Below the pieces are notes generated by a model. The model saw nothing but the letters and a program-made list of their open reading frames with translations, ran no database searches and was not told where the DNA came from. This document shows positions 10,638 to 21,272 of a stretch of 64,000 bases of DNA, in pieces; positions within the stretch are counted from its first letter, which is position 1, and each line of letters starts with the position of its first letter. Origin of the DNA: a virus (Duplodnaviria; Caudoviricetes); the IMG/VR virus record IMGVR_UViG_3300033075_001536, positions 96,001 to 160,000 of that record. One strand, written 5' to 3'. Position numbers and translations under genes: made by a program.

Positions 10638-10904
10638 TTATTTTAAATATTTTTCAATGTCTTCACCTTCTTCATCCATTAAAGCAATAAATCTTTCAGC
10701 TACTTCTTTTTCAGTAGATTTCTTTTTTGCTTTTGGGCCTGGTGCAACACTTGGCTTGTCCCTTCTTACTGGACTAGGTCTCTTACCCGGATCTTGCCTT
10801 CTACCTGGCTCAGTTGGAGTAGTGGATGGTTTTGTTCCTGGTGAAGGAGCTGGCGCTGGTTGAGCTTCCTCATTGAACTTATCAAATTTTTTTATAAATC
10901 TCAT
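10638..10904 (-). CDS. Small Pro-rich protein with CTS-like N-terminus
   Basis: MRFIKKFDKFNEE followed by PAPAPSPG...PGPKA. Confidence 0.65.
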   Translation of the reverse strand: MRFIKKFDKFNEEAQPAPAPSPGTKPSTTPTEPGRRQDPGKRPSPVRRDKPSVAPGPKAKKKSTEKEVAERFIALMDEEGEDIEKYLK

Positions 10905-10989
10905 TTTAAGTGGATTATTTTTATTTCTTTATATATAAAATTTTTTAAATAGAAAAATTCTTTGTTAGTAATATTTTATATATAAAGAA

Positions 10990-12069
10990 ATGAGTAATTC
11001 AAAATTTAAAGTAAACGAAAGATTTGGTGTGGCTGAGCCAACATTATATTATGTTGATCCAATTTTTGATAAGATTTTTGGAAGATTACATAAAATGATG
11101 ACTGGTGATAAGACTTTTTATAGAAGGACAGTTACTTTAAAATATGCGGATGTTCGAACTAATGTAAAAAGTAGGCAGTTATATGCTGAATTTCCAGTAA
11201 TTGGAATTGAGCTCGAACTTGATTTTGATAAAGTAAAAGCTGAAGATTTTGAAAAAAAGTATGGAAAAGATAAAAAAATAAATATTGTTGGTCTTGCTTC
11301 TGGATATGGTGCTAAAATGTTTAGTGGTGATCCAAAAATTACTAATCCAATTAAACAAGTTGTCAATGAGGAAGGAATAGTTCTTATTCTAGGTATTGAA
11401 ATAAAAGCTAGCTCTTCTTTAAATATGTCGGATAAGTCAGATGCTTATGATGTGGCTAATGAAATTAGATCTTTAATTTGGCACGAGCTTAATCACTGTT
11501 ATGAATATTATAAAAGATTGGACGGAAAAGAGCCAAAAACATACACCAAATGGGTTAAGACCGCATTAACTTGTGCATCAGTGGATGCCAATACATGGAA
11601 ATTTGGTAAAAGTATTTATGATTTCTGGGAAAAGAATTTTACCTACTATATTTATTTTACAGAACCTCATGAAATGCGAGCGGAGATTCAGGAAATTGGT
11701 CACCATATACAAAAGATGGGAATAGATGGTTATAAAAATAGTAAAATATGGAAAGATATTGAATATATGGAAAAATTTAATCCAAGTGCTTTTCATAGAA
11801 GTTTATTAAGACTAGTTAGTGAAAAAATACCTAAATATCTTGGAACTGAAAGAGCTACAGCTAGAAGACTTAAAGATATGTGGGTAGAAGTTTATAAAAA
11901 ACAATTGAAGGAACAAAAGCAAACCGATAAAATTGATATTAAAAGTATTGAAAAAATGAGGGCTATGGAGTTTCTGAAATTTTGGGATAAAAGATTTAAA
12001 GAGAGATCAAAATACATGAAAAGAAAAGTTATGATTTTAGCATCTCATATAAAACAAGAAGGATTTTAA
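10990..12069 (+). CDS. Putative zincin-like metalloprotein
   Basis: WHELNH (HExxH) plus downstream EPHEMRA. Confidence 0.55.
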   Translation: MSNSKFKVNERFGVAEPTLYYVDPIFDKIFGRLHKMMTGDKTFYRRTVTLKYADVRTNVKSRQLYAEFPVIGIELELDFDKVKAEDFEKKYGKDKKINIVGLASGYGAKMFSGDPKITNPIKQVVNEEGIVLILGIEIKASSSLNMSDKSDAYDVANEIRSLIWHELNHCYEYYKRLDGKEPKTYTKWVKTALTCASVDANTWKFGKSIYDFWEKNFTYYIYFTEPHEMRAEIQEIGHHIQKMGIDGYKNSKIWKDIEYMEKFNPSAFHRSLLRLVSEKIPKYLGTERATARRLKDMWVEVYKKQLKEQKQTDKIDIKSIEKMRAMEFLKFWDKRFKERSKYMKRKVMILASHIKQEGF

Positions 12070-12071
12070 TT

Positions 12072-12596
12072 ATGAAATATTTAAGAAAATTTGGTGAAAA
12101 ATTTGAAATTTCCGATGAACAAGAATCTGAATTAATGAATATTTTTTCTGAGCGTGGTTGGAACTTGGTTGATCATAGAGTTGAGTTCTATGAAAATCCA
12201 AATAAAAATCTTTCTGGAAAATCTGGAACCATTAAAAGTGTTAAGAGTGAAGTAGCAACGGTTGATATAGACGGTAAGGAATATCAGGTTCCTTTTAATG
12301 AATTATTGGATAAAAATTTGGCAAAAATATATAGAAAGGAATCTCCTTTTAAGTCGGGTCCGGGGTTTGAGTATAAAACTATTGATGACTATCCACAAAG
12401 TGTTCGACTAATTTATAATAGACTTACTCCAGATCAAAAGAAATTTGTGGATGATAATGTTGAAAAATTTGCTAAAGTGGCTAAGAAGATGTTTTATAAA
12501 GGTGATAAAGATTGGAAAAAGTTCTTTACTAAAGAAACCAAAAAAATAGATAGTTTATCTGAATTGATAAATTCAATGAATAGTTATATGATATGA
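12072..12596 (+). CDS. CTS-like peptide protein
   Basis: MKYLRKFGE; SH3/KOW-like segment GKSGTIKSV. Confidence 0.6.
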   Translation: MKYLRKFGEKFEISDEQESELMNIFSERGWNLVDHRVEFYENPNKNLSGKSGTIKSVKSEVATVDIDGKEYQVPFNELLDKNLAKIYRKESPFKSGPGFEYKTIDDYPQSVRLIYNRLTPDQKKFVDDNVEKFAKVAKKMFYKGDKDWKKFFTKETKKIDSLSELINSMNSYMI

Positions 12597-13063
12597 GGAA
12601 ATTTAGTAAAATATCGGAAAGTGTTGAATTTAAGAAATTTAAAGTTTCTGCTAGTATAGATATTTTAGTAGAAGCTGAGAGTGAGGGAGATGCTGGATAT
12701 CAATCTGATTCTATTTTAGGTGGGATTGAAGAACAAATAGATTTTAGAATTAATAATATTGAGGAAATTTCTGAAGAGGAATTTAAAAAATTAACTGAAA
12801 ATATGGAATTCAAAAAAGATCAATCTTGGGAAGAAAAAAATGACAAATTGGTGAAGACATTCCAATTTGAGGATTTTAAATCATCTATTAAATTTATCAA
12901 TCATGTTGCTGATATAGCAAATGCTACAAATCATCACCCTGAAATAAATAATATATATGATAAGGTAACTATTAAATTATCTACACATGATGCTGGTAAT
13001 AAAGTTACAGATAAAGATAAAAGAATGTCTCAAAAAATAGATTCATTATGGAAACAAATTTAA
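12593..13063 (+). CDS. Pterin-4a-carbinolamine dehydratase domain fused to an N-terminal domain
   Basis: LVKTFQFEDF, NHHPEI, LSTHDAG..VTDKD. Confidence 0.85.
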   Translation: MRKFSKISESVEFKKFKVSASIDILVEAESEGDAGYQSDSILGGIEEQIDFRINNIEEISEEEFKKLTENMEFKKDQSWEEKNDKLVKTFQFEDFKSSIKFINHVADIANATNHHPEINNIYDKVTIKLSTHDAGNKVTDKDKRMSQKIDSLWKQI

Positions 13064-13608
13064 AAATACCAAATGGCTTTAAAAATATTGCCGTACCTTC
13101 GGTTGCTGTCTTATCTAAAGACGATTTAAAACAAGTAAGTAATGGTGTAGAGCCAAAGATAGATAATAAACAAATATGTCCATCTTTTTTGATGGGTGTT
13201 GATCATCCAAATTTAGAAAAAGGACCTGATTCGGTTTCAAAATTCTTTTCAAAGTTATTTGAAGCTCGTCAAATGGCACATATATTTCATTTACAAGTAA
13301 ATGGCCAACCAGGATCTGGATGGGAACATACTGCACTTGGAGATTTTTATGAAAAATTATTGGAATTTACAGATGATATTATAGAAACCTATCAAGGGCA
13401 ATATGGAATTGTAGAAGGATATGAGATGATTGATACTAGCGCTACAAGAGATTATAACTCTTTAAAATATTTACAATCATTGGTTGAATTTATAAAGAAA
13501 GAGAGATATAATTGTTTATCTGAAGAAGATTCGCACCTACAAAATATTGTGGATGAAATTGTTGCTCTTGTTTATAAGACTATTTATAAACTAACCTACA
13601 TGAAATGA
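13048..13608 (+). CDS. Ferritin/Dps-like four-helix protein (DUF5856-like)
   Basis: AHIFHL, HTALGDFYE, DDIIETYQG, LQNIVDEI...TIYKL. Confidence 0.7.
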   Translation: METNLKIPNGFKNIAVPSVAVLSKDDLKQVSNGVEPKIDNKQICPSFLMGVDHPNLEKGPDSVSKFFSKLFEARQMAHIFHLQVNGQPGSGWEHTALGDFYEKLLEFTDDIIETYQGQYGIVEGYEMIDTSATRDYNSLKYLQSLVEFIKKERYNCLSEEDSHLQNIVDEIVALVYKTIYKLTYMK

Positions 13609-14246
13609 AATTTGTTAAGAGATTTGAATCCATTTATGGAAATTTTGAAGAAAAAGATGTTTCTTTAGAAAGGATGTTGTATTTAATTTGTGTTGCAAAC
13701 GATGATTGTGTATATGATGCTCCTGGTCCAGAAATTGCTCACCATGAAATATATGAGGGAGATTTTCCAATATTGAACTCAATTATGGATGATAACAATA
13801 GTGATTTTTTAATGGAGGATATAACTAAAGATATTTCAGGAGTTATAAAAAAATTATCCGACAAAGAAAAAAATAATATCAAAGAATTATATCATAAGTT
13901 AAATAGAACATATCGATTGGAAAAGTTCATTACAATAGATGATATTAAAGAATTAACTTATGATTTAGTTGATTCTGGATTTGAGTTGGAGTGGAAAATT
14001 TGGTGTGCTAAATTTAAAACTCCTAATGGATATTTTTCTTCTTTGAAAAACTTCCCAACCACAGAAATAGATATTAAATTCTCTTGTGATGAGGAATTGG
14101 ATAAATATTTTAACATGTCTGAAGATATCCAAACTTTAATAGAGAGACTAAGAGATAGCTACCAGGTTGATTTTAAAATAAGGCCTCATGGCAATACCAA
14201 TCTACCAATGATATCTTATAAAATTACTATTAGTAACAAGGATTAA
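13605..14246 (+). CDS. CTS-like peptide protein, repeated family
   Basis: MKFVKRFES; DIKELTYDLVDSGF. Confidence 0.6.
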   Translation: MKFVKRFESIYGNFEEKDVSLERMLYLICVANDDCVYDAPGPEIAHHEIYEGDFPILNSIMDDNNSDFLMEDITKDISGVIKKLSDKEKNNIKELYHKLNRTYRLEKFITIDDIKELTYDLVDSGFELEWKIWCAKFKTPNGYFSSLKNFPTTEIDIKFSCDEELDKYFNMSEDIQTLIERLRDSYQVDFKIRPHGNTNLPMISYKITISNKD

Positions 14247-14548
14247 TATAGGAACTGACTTCCTTTATCGTTATAATTCTTCATATTATTTGCAACATTA
14301 TCTATGTTGGATAAAGAATCGGATATATTTTTACTAATTAATTGTAAATTGGCAATAGAGTCATCAATTTGATCATTTGATTTTTTAGAATCTGACTGAA
14401 AATTATTTAATTCGTTTAAAAGTCCGTCAATATATTCCAATTTTAATTTAAAAAATTGTGCCATTTTTACCATCTCATCTTCGATATCACTGACTCTATC
14501 TGGAGATAATTGCATTTGAGCTTCGTTAAATGGTTTAAGATGTTTCAT
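14243..14548 (-). CDS. Coiled-coil protein with CTS-like peptide
   Basis: MKHLKPFNEA; heptad pattern. Confidence 0.65.
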   Translation of the reverse strand: MKHLKPFNEAQMQLSPDRVSDIEDEMVKMAQFFKLKLEYIDGLLNELNNFQSDSKKSNDQIDDSIANLQLISKNISDSLSNIDNVANNMKNYNDKGSQFLY

Positions 14549-14559
14549 TGATTTATATA

Positions 14560-14895
14560 TTAAAATTTTGACTCAATTTTAACCACTTTTATATTTATGT
14601 AGTATCCGTGATGTTGTCCACCTATTTTTAGATAACACTTTAATCCAATTTCTTCCAATCTATCATTTATCTCTTCTAAATATGGAATCATTTGACTATG
14701 GAATCTACCAAGTACTTTCCTATCATTGGATTCAAATTTGCTCCTGTAAATAATAGTTTTAGTTGCTTTTATGTAGATTTTTTCCAAACCAAGTTGTGGA
14801 AAATCATCCAGCAATTCTTGAAAGATATCATCAATGTCCACATTTCTGCTAACACCATTATTTATTTTAGATTCAAATAATTTTAAATATCTCAT
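14560..14895 (-). CDS. CTS-like peptide protein, repeated family
   Basis: MRYLKLFES; DIFQELLDDFP; RLEEIG. Confidence 0.65.
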   Translation of the reverse strand: MRYLKLFESKINNGVSRNVDIDDIFQELLDDFPQLGLEKIYIKATKTIIYRSKFESNDRKVLGRFHSQMIPYLEEINDRLEEIGLKCYLKIGGQHHGYYINIKVVKIESKF

Positions 14896-14933
14896 ATCCT
14901 ATTTATTAAATATATTTTTTAATATATACACCA

Positions 14934-15608
14934 ATGTCAAAGTATTTAATATGTGAGTTTAATGAGTTTACAAACATGAGAATGAACCCAGATTCGGTTC
15001 AATCATCTGTTCATGTAGATGATCCACAATTATCTATCAATGCTTTTGATAAGCATCAAGATGCTATTCGTCAAGCTCTTTCAAGAATAGATGGTATTTT
15101 ACATTCTTTATCAAATTCTAATCAGTATAAGTTTTTAAAGGGTAAATTAGGATTAGAGGATCAAAATATCACCAATATGAGAATTATTCGTATTGTTAAA
15201 TCTGGAGTTAGTTATGATGTTTATATTTCATTCACCATTAACAATGAAAATGAATATTGGGGAGTAATTAAAAATATTCTTTCACTTAATCCAGAGGTAA
15301 TATCTGAAGTATTTAAGGACGGTGATTTGGTGCAGACAAAGGAGTGGGTAATTAAAACTAAGGGACTTTTACTAAAAGTGATTAGAAATTTTTTAAAACC
15401 GGATCCAGGAAAATGGAAGCTAATTAATGATAGCATCACCTGTTATTCTTTAGAAACTGGAAAGCTAATGAAAATGGACAAAGGCGCTGAAGTGGAGGTT
15501 CTAAAATGTTATGATGATTTAATTATAATAAAATACGATAATATTAAATATTCACTTCATGGTGATAACTATGTTTATTTTAATTATTGGTTTGAAAAAT
15601 TAATCTAA
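14934..15608 (+). CDS. Hypothetical late protein
   Basis: TAATATATA 5 nt upstream. Confidence 0.6.
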   Translation: MSKYLICEFNEFTNMRMNPDSVQSSVHVDDPQLSINAFDKHQDAIRQALSRIDGILHSLSNSNQYKFLKGKLGLEDQNITNMRIIRIVKSGVSYDVYISFTINNENEYWGVIKNILSLNPEVISEVFKDGDLVQTKEWVIKTKGLLLKVIRNFLKPDPGKWKLINDSITCYSLETGKLMKMDKGAEVEVLKCYDDLIIIKYDNIKYSLHGDNYVYFNYWFEKLI

Positions 15609-17183
15609 AGAATATTCTTGTTCTGGAAAGAATATAGATTCTCCAGCTAAAATTCCAGAAGCCACATTATTATAGTGTAGTGATCCAGAATATATATAAC
15701 AAGGAACAAATATCCCCGAATTTAAAACATATCCACCAATACTAATATTAACTGATGGTTGATATCCAATAGGTATATTGCAAATACTATCACCAAATGA
15801 AGCATTGGATGCGACAACCACATTTCCTCTTAAAGATACTTTACCAGACTTGGATTTTCTTATAGAAAGATGATTTCCAAGTGGATTTGGTCCAAATTTT
15901 GCTCCATAGGTTGGTATGGACTGACCATTGGTCATGGTTCCAACCGCTCCAACTTCTTTCCATGATTCGTCAGCAAAATTTGAATTGATTACATACCAAT
16001 TTTCATTAATTGATAATAACTCAACAGAATATCCCCTATATAAAGCTAATGTTGATACAAAGGATCCATTGTAGTATATCTTTTGGGTTCCACTTGGTGT
16101 GAGTGTTATAGAGTTACTAAAAGTAGCACATTGTATTAGAGCCTTTCTACCATTGTATCTACCAATAAGATCTGGAAGGTATAGAGATATTGCACTAGTT
16201 CCGGTATTGTTTACGATCATATTATGCTCAACATCATCAAAGGAAGGAGACACATTATTACTAGATGATATTATTGTTCTCTCATATTGTGCAAAATTTG
16301 TTCTAAATTGGGTATCTACATTTACAAATCCTGATTTTGGATTTACATAGTATCCAAGTCCTAAACTTGTTTGAAAATTTATATCTCCGGCTTTTGTGAA
16401 TCCAGTAGCGTCCATTCCAGTTATAAAACTAATACTTCCTGGGTTATTTAATCCATCACCAGAATATAAATATATGCTTCCTCCATTCGAAGCGCTTGAA
16501 TCAGACGCATTTAGTGTTATTGATTTTCCAGCGCCAGATAAATCATCTGTTCTTATTTCTAAGTTTTCATCAGTTGATAATAGTGTTTTTGAAGAGCTTA
16601 GTCCAAGAATAGTATAGTTTGTTGAATTAGACAACTTGATACCAGAATAGGATGTATCTCCAAAAAATTGATGAGAAACTTGTCCACCAGCATTAATTTT
16701 GTCAGAATTGCTTGTTTTGGTTCTTATTTGAACACCATTTAAATTATTAGATGATCCTAAAGTTATCCAATTATCTGAAGAAACCCCAAATACAGATTCA
16801 TATTGAGATCCGCCTCCACCTAAATATAGATATTTTTGAATTCCTAGTCCAGAATCAGCGACTACTCCAGATTGTGTGATAACCATTGGTGCATAGCTCA
16901 GTGCCGTTGATGATGTCCAAAATGATAGATATTTTGTCCTACCAGCAACTGTTGTGACATTTCCCAACCCTTCAGCGCTCCATGTTCCTGATCCAGAATT
17001 ATATACCCAATTCGTTCTATCGGATAATTGAAAGCATTTTAATCCGTCATATACAAATGAATATGGATTTCCAATACTTGTTAGTCCTAAAGCAACTCTA
17101 TCAGCTGATGTGGTTGCTATTATTCTACTATCAATTGGTCCTGCTTTTTCTACACTAAATCCGTCTATAATTACTATTGCCAT
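15600..17183 (-). CDS. Tail fibre or virion structural protein
   Basis: G/S/T/N-rich; PIDSR N-terminal motif; C-terminal RK..GKVSLRG...IPIGYQP tail-fibre-type domain. Confidence 0.65.
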   Translation of the reverse strand: MAIVIIDGFSVEKAGPIDSRIIATTSADRVALGLTSIGNPYSFVYDGLKCFQLSDRTNWVYNSGSGTWSAEGLGNVTTVAGRTKYLSFWTSSTALSYAPMVITQSGVVADSGLGIQKYLYLGGGGSQYESVFGVSSDNWITLGSSNNLNGVQIRTKTSNSDKINAGGQVSHQFFGDTSYSGIKLSNSTNYTILGLSSSKTLLSTDENLEIRTDDLSGAGKSITLNASDSSASNGGSIYLYSGDGLNNPGSISFITGMDATGFTKAGDINFQTSLGLGYYVNPKSGFVNVDTQFRTNFAQYERTIISSSNNVSPSFDDVEHNMIVNNTGTSAISLYLPDLIGRYNGRKALIQCATFSNSITLTPSGTQKIYYNGSFVSTLALYRGYSVELLSINENWYVINSNFADESWKEVGAVGTMTNGQSIPTYGAKFGPNPLGNHLSIRKSKSGKVSLRGNVVVASNASFGDSICNIPIGYQPSVNISIGGYVLNSGIFVPCYIYSGSLHYNNVASGILAGESIFFPEQEYSLD

Positions 17184-17198
17184 TTCTTATATATTTTT

Positions 17199-18698
17199 TT
17201 ATAAATTAAATTGATATACCTGCCCAGTTAATGTTGTTGGTGTTGGGTAGTAATAAAATCTATAATTTTTTGTTGTCCATTTTCCAGTTGGTGAATTAAC
17301 ACTAACTATACCAGTGGTAAAAGTGAGTGTAAATCCGTTATTGTCCTTTATGGATGTTAATGGTCCATAATTTGCATCATAGCAGAAATAAATGTATCCA
17401 GATCCACTTAGAGCAATATTTTTACTACTAGCGGCTGATATACTGAACCCACCAACTGAATATAGGTAAGCTGCTGTTGCATCTGCTGTCCAGCCGAAAT
17501 CAGTAGGTAGTAATGGGTAAAATCCATAGAAATAAGGAACCACAAATTTACCAACAGTTGATGCAGTGTAAGTTACAAATGTATTATCTGTTACAGTTAG
17601 TCTAAAGGTATTTGTCGATGGATATAAATTTTGATTTCCAGGAGCAACACTCCAAGAAACATTTCCGGAAACATTTACAATTCCAGACCCACTAGCAGTT
17701 GCAAAATTACTAAGTGGACTAGCTGTTGGTGTGGATGATCCAGTGGATGCAATTATATCTTCTGATCTTTTCGTTATGGTGTAACTCATAGTCATCGAGT
17801 TATTGGCAAATTGATTATATTCTATAACACTTGGAACCATAGATACGGATGCAAGTGGTCCTAGATATGGATATAGAAGTTCCCTCAATAGTTCCACTAT
17901 TGGATAGTTACTAAAAGTTCTTCCAGCAACAATTCCTCCAAAGTCTTGAACCATCGGAGTTGCGTCAGTAAATTCCAATGGGTATCCATTTAAATTTACA
18001 GGACTTCCATAAATATCTGTCTGTGATCCAGTGGATCCTAAAACATTCGAACTAAACGACACATCTTCCCAATACATCTGTGGTGTTGGTGATGTTCTAT
18101 ATCTTAGAATTCTTCCATCTGCTGCTGATGCTCCTGTTTCTGCGATTGTTGGAAATACAATATCATTAATTGTCACATATCCTGTTTCTGATGAAAGTGT
18201 TAAATTACCACCAGATAGAGATGGATTTATTATTTCGAAGTCTAAGGCATTTGGAATTCTTGTAACATCTAGATATGGTGCATAATTATTTAAAGTTGAA
18301 TCGGTTCCAGCAAGAATAGAAATTCTTGTATTTTGTGTTGAAAATCCGTCTGATTTATTATTATAGAAATAAAAATCAGAATAATATCCAGGTAAAGTAT
18401 CTGGTGATGTGTAGGTTAGAAGATCAGAATTCATAATATCTGATCCAAGATATTGTCTTTTACCGAAATAAATTTTGTTTCTGGTATTGACATTATCGAT
18501 ACCTATATAGTCGACCGATACCGAACCTGTAAATTGTTTAAATATAGTATTTTCCCATAGAGTATATACCGCGTCCCTAACATCGTGTGGGTTTATTAGC
18601 TTATTAGTATTATCTGGAAGCTTCTGAAGAACAGCTAAGATAGATCCTAATTTATCTGACTCAATGGGTGGTGAAAATGGAGAACTATAAGTTGACAT
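17199..18698 (-). CDS. Virion structural protein
   Basis: S/T/G-rich beta composition; LPDNT..LI.P.DVRD; YIYFCY..YG.L..I.D.NGF. Confidence 0.55.
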   Translation of the reverse strand: MSTYSSPFSPPIESDKLGSILAVLQKLPDNTNKLINPHDVRDAVYTLWENTIFKQFTGSVSVDYIGIDNVNTRNKIYFGKRQYLGSDIMNSDLLTYTSPDTLPGYYSDFYFYNNKSDGFSTQNTRISILAGTDSTLNNYAPYLDVTRIPNALDFEIINPSLSGGNLTLSSETGYVTINDIVFPTIAETGASAADGRILRYRTSPTPQMYWEDVSFSSNVLGSTGSQTDIYGSPVNLNGYPLEFTDATPMVQDFGGIVAGRTFSNYPIVELLRELLYPYLGPLASVSMVPSVIEYNQFANNSMTMSYTITKRSEDIIASTGSSTPTASPLSNFATASGSGIVNVSGNVSWSVAPGNQNLYPSTNTFRLTVTDNTFVTYTASTVGKFVVPYFYGFYPLLPTDFGWTADATAAYLYSVGGFSISAASSKNIALSGSGYIYFCYDANYGPLTSIKDNNGFTLTFTTGIVSVNSPTGKWTTKNYRFYYYPTPTTLTGQVYQFNL

Positions 18699-18756
18699 TC
18701 AAGAATTTTAAGTATTTAATTTTATATATTAAATTCCTAAAACCTTGATCGAATTC

Positions 18757-19155
18757 TTAGTTAAACAAAAACTCCAATTTCATTAGATCTTTAACTTTAG
18801 CTGATGTTAAATTTAAATCATCAAAGTTTATTTTATCATAGGAGAGTGTGTTTTCAACAGCTTGTAGATCTTGCATATCTTTAGAAAATGCTTTTACATC
18901 AACAATATTAACAGCGTCTTTAACTATGTTTCCATCACCATCAATTACTTTTTTAGGAGCTCCATTTTCCATTTCTATCCATTTTTCAAGTATTTTTTTC
19001 TCCATGGTAACTTTATCTTCTACAATAGAAGATAATTCTTTTATAATTCTGGTTAGTTTAAAAGCACAATTGGCATTAATATCCGCTTCAATAAGCGTAT
19101 TGATAGCAGTGATGGTTTCTTTAGTTAATTCTGAATTTTTAACGACTATTTTCAT
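18757..19155 (-). CDS. Hypothetical protein (tail-gene associated)
   Basis: ORF upstream of the structural genes. Confidence 0.55.
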   Translation of the reverse strand: MKIVVKNSELTKETITAINTLIEADINANCAFKLTRIIKELSSIVEDKVTMEKKILEKWIEMENGAPKKVIDGDGNIVKDAVNIVDVKAFSKDMQDLQAVENTLSYDKINFDDLNLTSAKVKDLMKLEFLFN

Positions 19156-19194
19156 TGATATATTATAATTTTTTATTATATATTTATATGTCTT

Positions 19195-19995
19195 TTATAT
19201 CTTAAAGTTGGTGATTATTAGTTCTCCTCTATTTCCTTCAGATTTTGAAATGTTTCCACTGGAATAATAGACATTGGAATCTGTTATATTATATTCTTTA
19301 TATATATATTGGTAAAATTCTGTATTTGGTAGAGTTAAAATAAATTTACCTTTTATTTCATCAATCTGTGTTTTTAATTCCTTGTGCTCAGAATATTTAT
19401 TCATATTATGTTTATAATAATTAGTATTGACATCTTCTATGATGTATGGTGGATCAATAAAAAATAAAGAATCTTCCGAATCATATTTTTTAATAACTTC
19501 TTTGTAGTCTAAATTTTCAATATAGGTTGTTTTAAGTCTTTGATACAGTTCTTCAATTTGATCGACTATTCTTTCAGTTGATACTGGTTGCCTTTTTTTG
19601 GAATATCCAAAGTTATAGGAACTATCTGAACTTCTTCTAGATGAAAATGACCATTTGGTTAGATATAAAAAACGAAATGCCCACTCGACATCTGAAGTTT
19701 CTTCTTTTTTTAGAGATTTTAAATTTTCAAATATTTCTCTCGAAATTAGAGTTTTTTCAAATTTTTTAGAAAGTTCTTCATGTTTGATATCATCTTTAAT
19801 TACATTAAACATATTTACTAGAGAAGAATCTAAGTCATTATATACTTCTACTTTAGATACGGATCTTGGTTTTTCAAGAAGAACCCACCCAGCACCACCA
19901 AAAAGATCAATAAAGCAATTGTGTTTTGGCAAAATTGAAACAATTTGTTTGGATAGTTTTGATTTTCCACCTAAATAGTTGATAATTGAGTCCAT
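19195..19995 (-). CDS. dam: DNA adenine methyltransferase (D12/Dam class)
   Basis: NYLGGK, DLFGGAG, VYND, IDPPY. Confidence 0.9.
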   Translation of the reverse strand: MDSIINYLGGKSKLSKQIVSILPKHNCFIDLFGGAGWVLLEKPRSVSKVEVYNDLDSSLVNMFNVIKDDIKHEELSKKFEKTLISREIFENLKSLKKEETSDVEWAFRFLYLTKWSFSSRRSSDSSYNFGYSKKRQPVSTERIVDQIEELYQRLKTTYIENLDYKEVIKKYDSEDSLFFIDPPYIIEDVNTNYYKHNMNKYSEHKELKTQIDEIKGKFILTLPNTEFYQYIYKEYNITDSNVYYSSGNISKSEGNRGELIITNFKI

Positions 19996-20001
19996 TGAAT
20001 T

Positions 20002-20019
20002 TTATATATTAATATATAA
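20002..20019. promoter_or_regulatory. Palindromic bidirectional late promoter
   Basis: TTATATATTAATATATAA perfect palindrome between divergent ATGs at 19995 and 20023. Confidence 0.7.
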
Positions 20020-20022
20020 TCT

Positions 20023-20499
20023 ATGCGTATAATTTTAGAATTTTTAGAATTTATAGATCAATCTTGGAAGAAGGAAGTAGAGGAGTCTATCGAGTTTCAT
20101 ATCTTTGAAGATTTTTTAAATAAATATGGGCTTAAAATATTATTTGCTTGGGGAGTTTGGTCACCAGGTCTTCATGGTTTCCATACCATGCCTATGTTTC
20201 ATTCACTACGACTAGCTCTCCTGGCGTCTGATCCAGATAGAATAGTTGGAACTAAAAATTGTTTAAGAATTAATCTTATGAATGCTGAATGGGGTAGTGA
20301 TGTTGGGGGATTTGATTTTGATTTGGAGATTCGACAAGATGAGGATACAAATTTTGAATTTGAAGATATAGTTGATGCGTTAAGAGATGAGCTTGGATAT
20401 TACATAGATATTGTTGAAATAAAATTGCCAGAAAAAATAGAAAAGATGCATTACCAAATAACAATTGATGTAATTTTTGAAGAAAAGAAGAAAAAATAA
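20023..20499 (+). CDS. Hypothetical protein with CTS-like N-terminus
   Basis: MRIILEFLEF. Confidence 0.55.
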   Translation: MRIILEFLEFIDQSWKKEVEESIEFHIFEDFLNKYGLKILFAWGVWSPGLHGFHTMPMFHSLRLALLASDPDRIVGTKNCLRINLMNAEWGSDVGGFDFDLEIRQDEDTNFEFEDIVDALRDELGYYIDIVEIKLPEKIEKMHYQITIDVIFEEKKKK

Positions 20500-20511
20500 T
20501 ATATAAGACAT

Positions 20512-21270
20512 ATGTTAGAAACTATCAAATCACTCCTTAATTTACAAAAGAAAATAGATTTAAAAACACTTCCTTCTCAAGGCTATTTCTATAAAGATGA
20601 TTTTGAACTTTATATTCGTAAAGCAAATATGGAGGATATTATTGAATATGAGTATAATTATGTTAGAGACAATATACTTTTACACATTCATAAAGTGAAA
20701 ACCATTGTGGAGAAAAATGCTATTTTAAAAAATGGATATTCTTTTATTGATTTAAAGTCAATCGATGTGGTTTTTATATTTTTTGAAATTGTTAAATTTA
20801 CTTTGAATAAACCAATTCGAGTAGATTACTTTGATGATGTTTTGGGAAATCCATCCTTAATAGAATTTGGACCATCTAATTTTAATTATTATGACTTTAC
20901 TCCAAATTTAAAAAATTGGAATAAAGAGACTAGAGAGTTCGAAATTGATGGTTATAAATATTCTTTACCAACAATTGGTGTGGAGAACTCGATTACTAAT
21001 TTTTTAATTGATAAAAATGAAAAAAATCAACAGCAATATGGTAAATATTCATATGACTTTACCTATTTTTTAAATCATAAGCCAAAATTAACTTTTGATG
21101 AAATTGAAAATATGTTACAGATATTTAATTTTGATTTAGAGGAATCTGAAATTTTAAAAGTCAGAGGAATTGTTAAGATGTTATCTCCAATTCAAAAATA
21201 TTCTTTAAAGAGAGGTGATAAGGTGATTGACATTAGTTCTAAGATAGACTTGGAGACTATTTGGAAATAA
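20512..21270 (+). CDS. Putative baseplate hub assembly protein (T4 gp26-like)
   Basis: LPSQGYFY motif and DL...D..FIF pattern typical of the gp26 family. Confidence 0.5.
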   Translation: MLETIKSLLNLQKKIDLKTLPSQGYFYKDDFELYIRKANMEDIIEYEYNYVRDNILLHIHKVKTIVEKNAILKNGYSFIDLKSIDVVFIFFEIVKFTLNKPIRVDYFDDVLGNPSLIEFGPSNFNYYDFTPNLKNWNKETREFEIDGYKYSLPTIGVENSITNFLIDKNEKNQQQYGKYSYDFTYFLNHKPKLTFDEIENMLQIFNFDLEESEILKVRGIVKMLSPIQKYSLKRGDKVIDISSKIDLETIWK

Positions 21271-21272
21271 AT

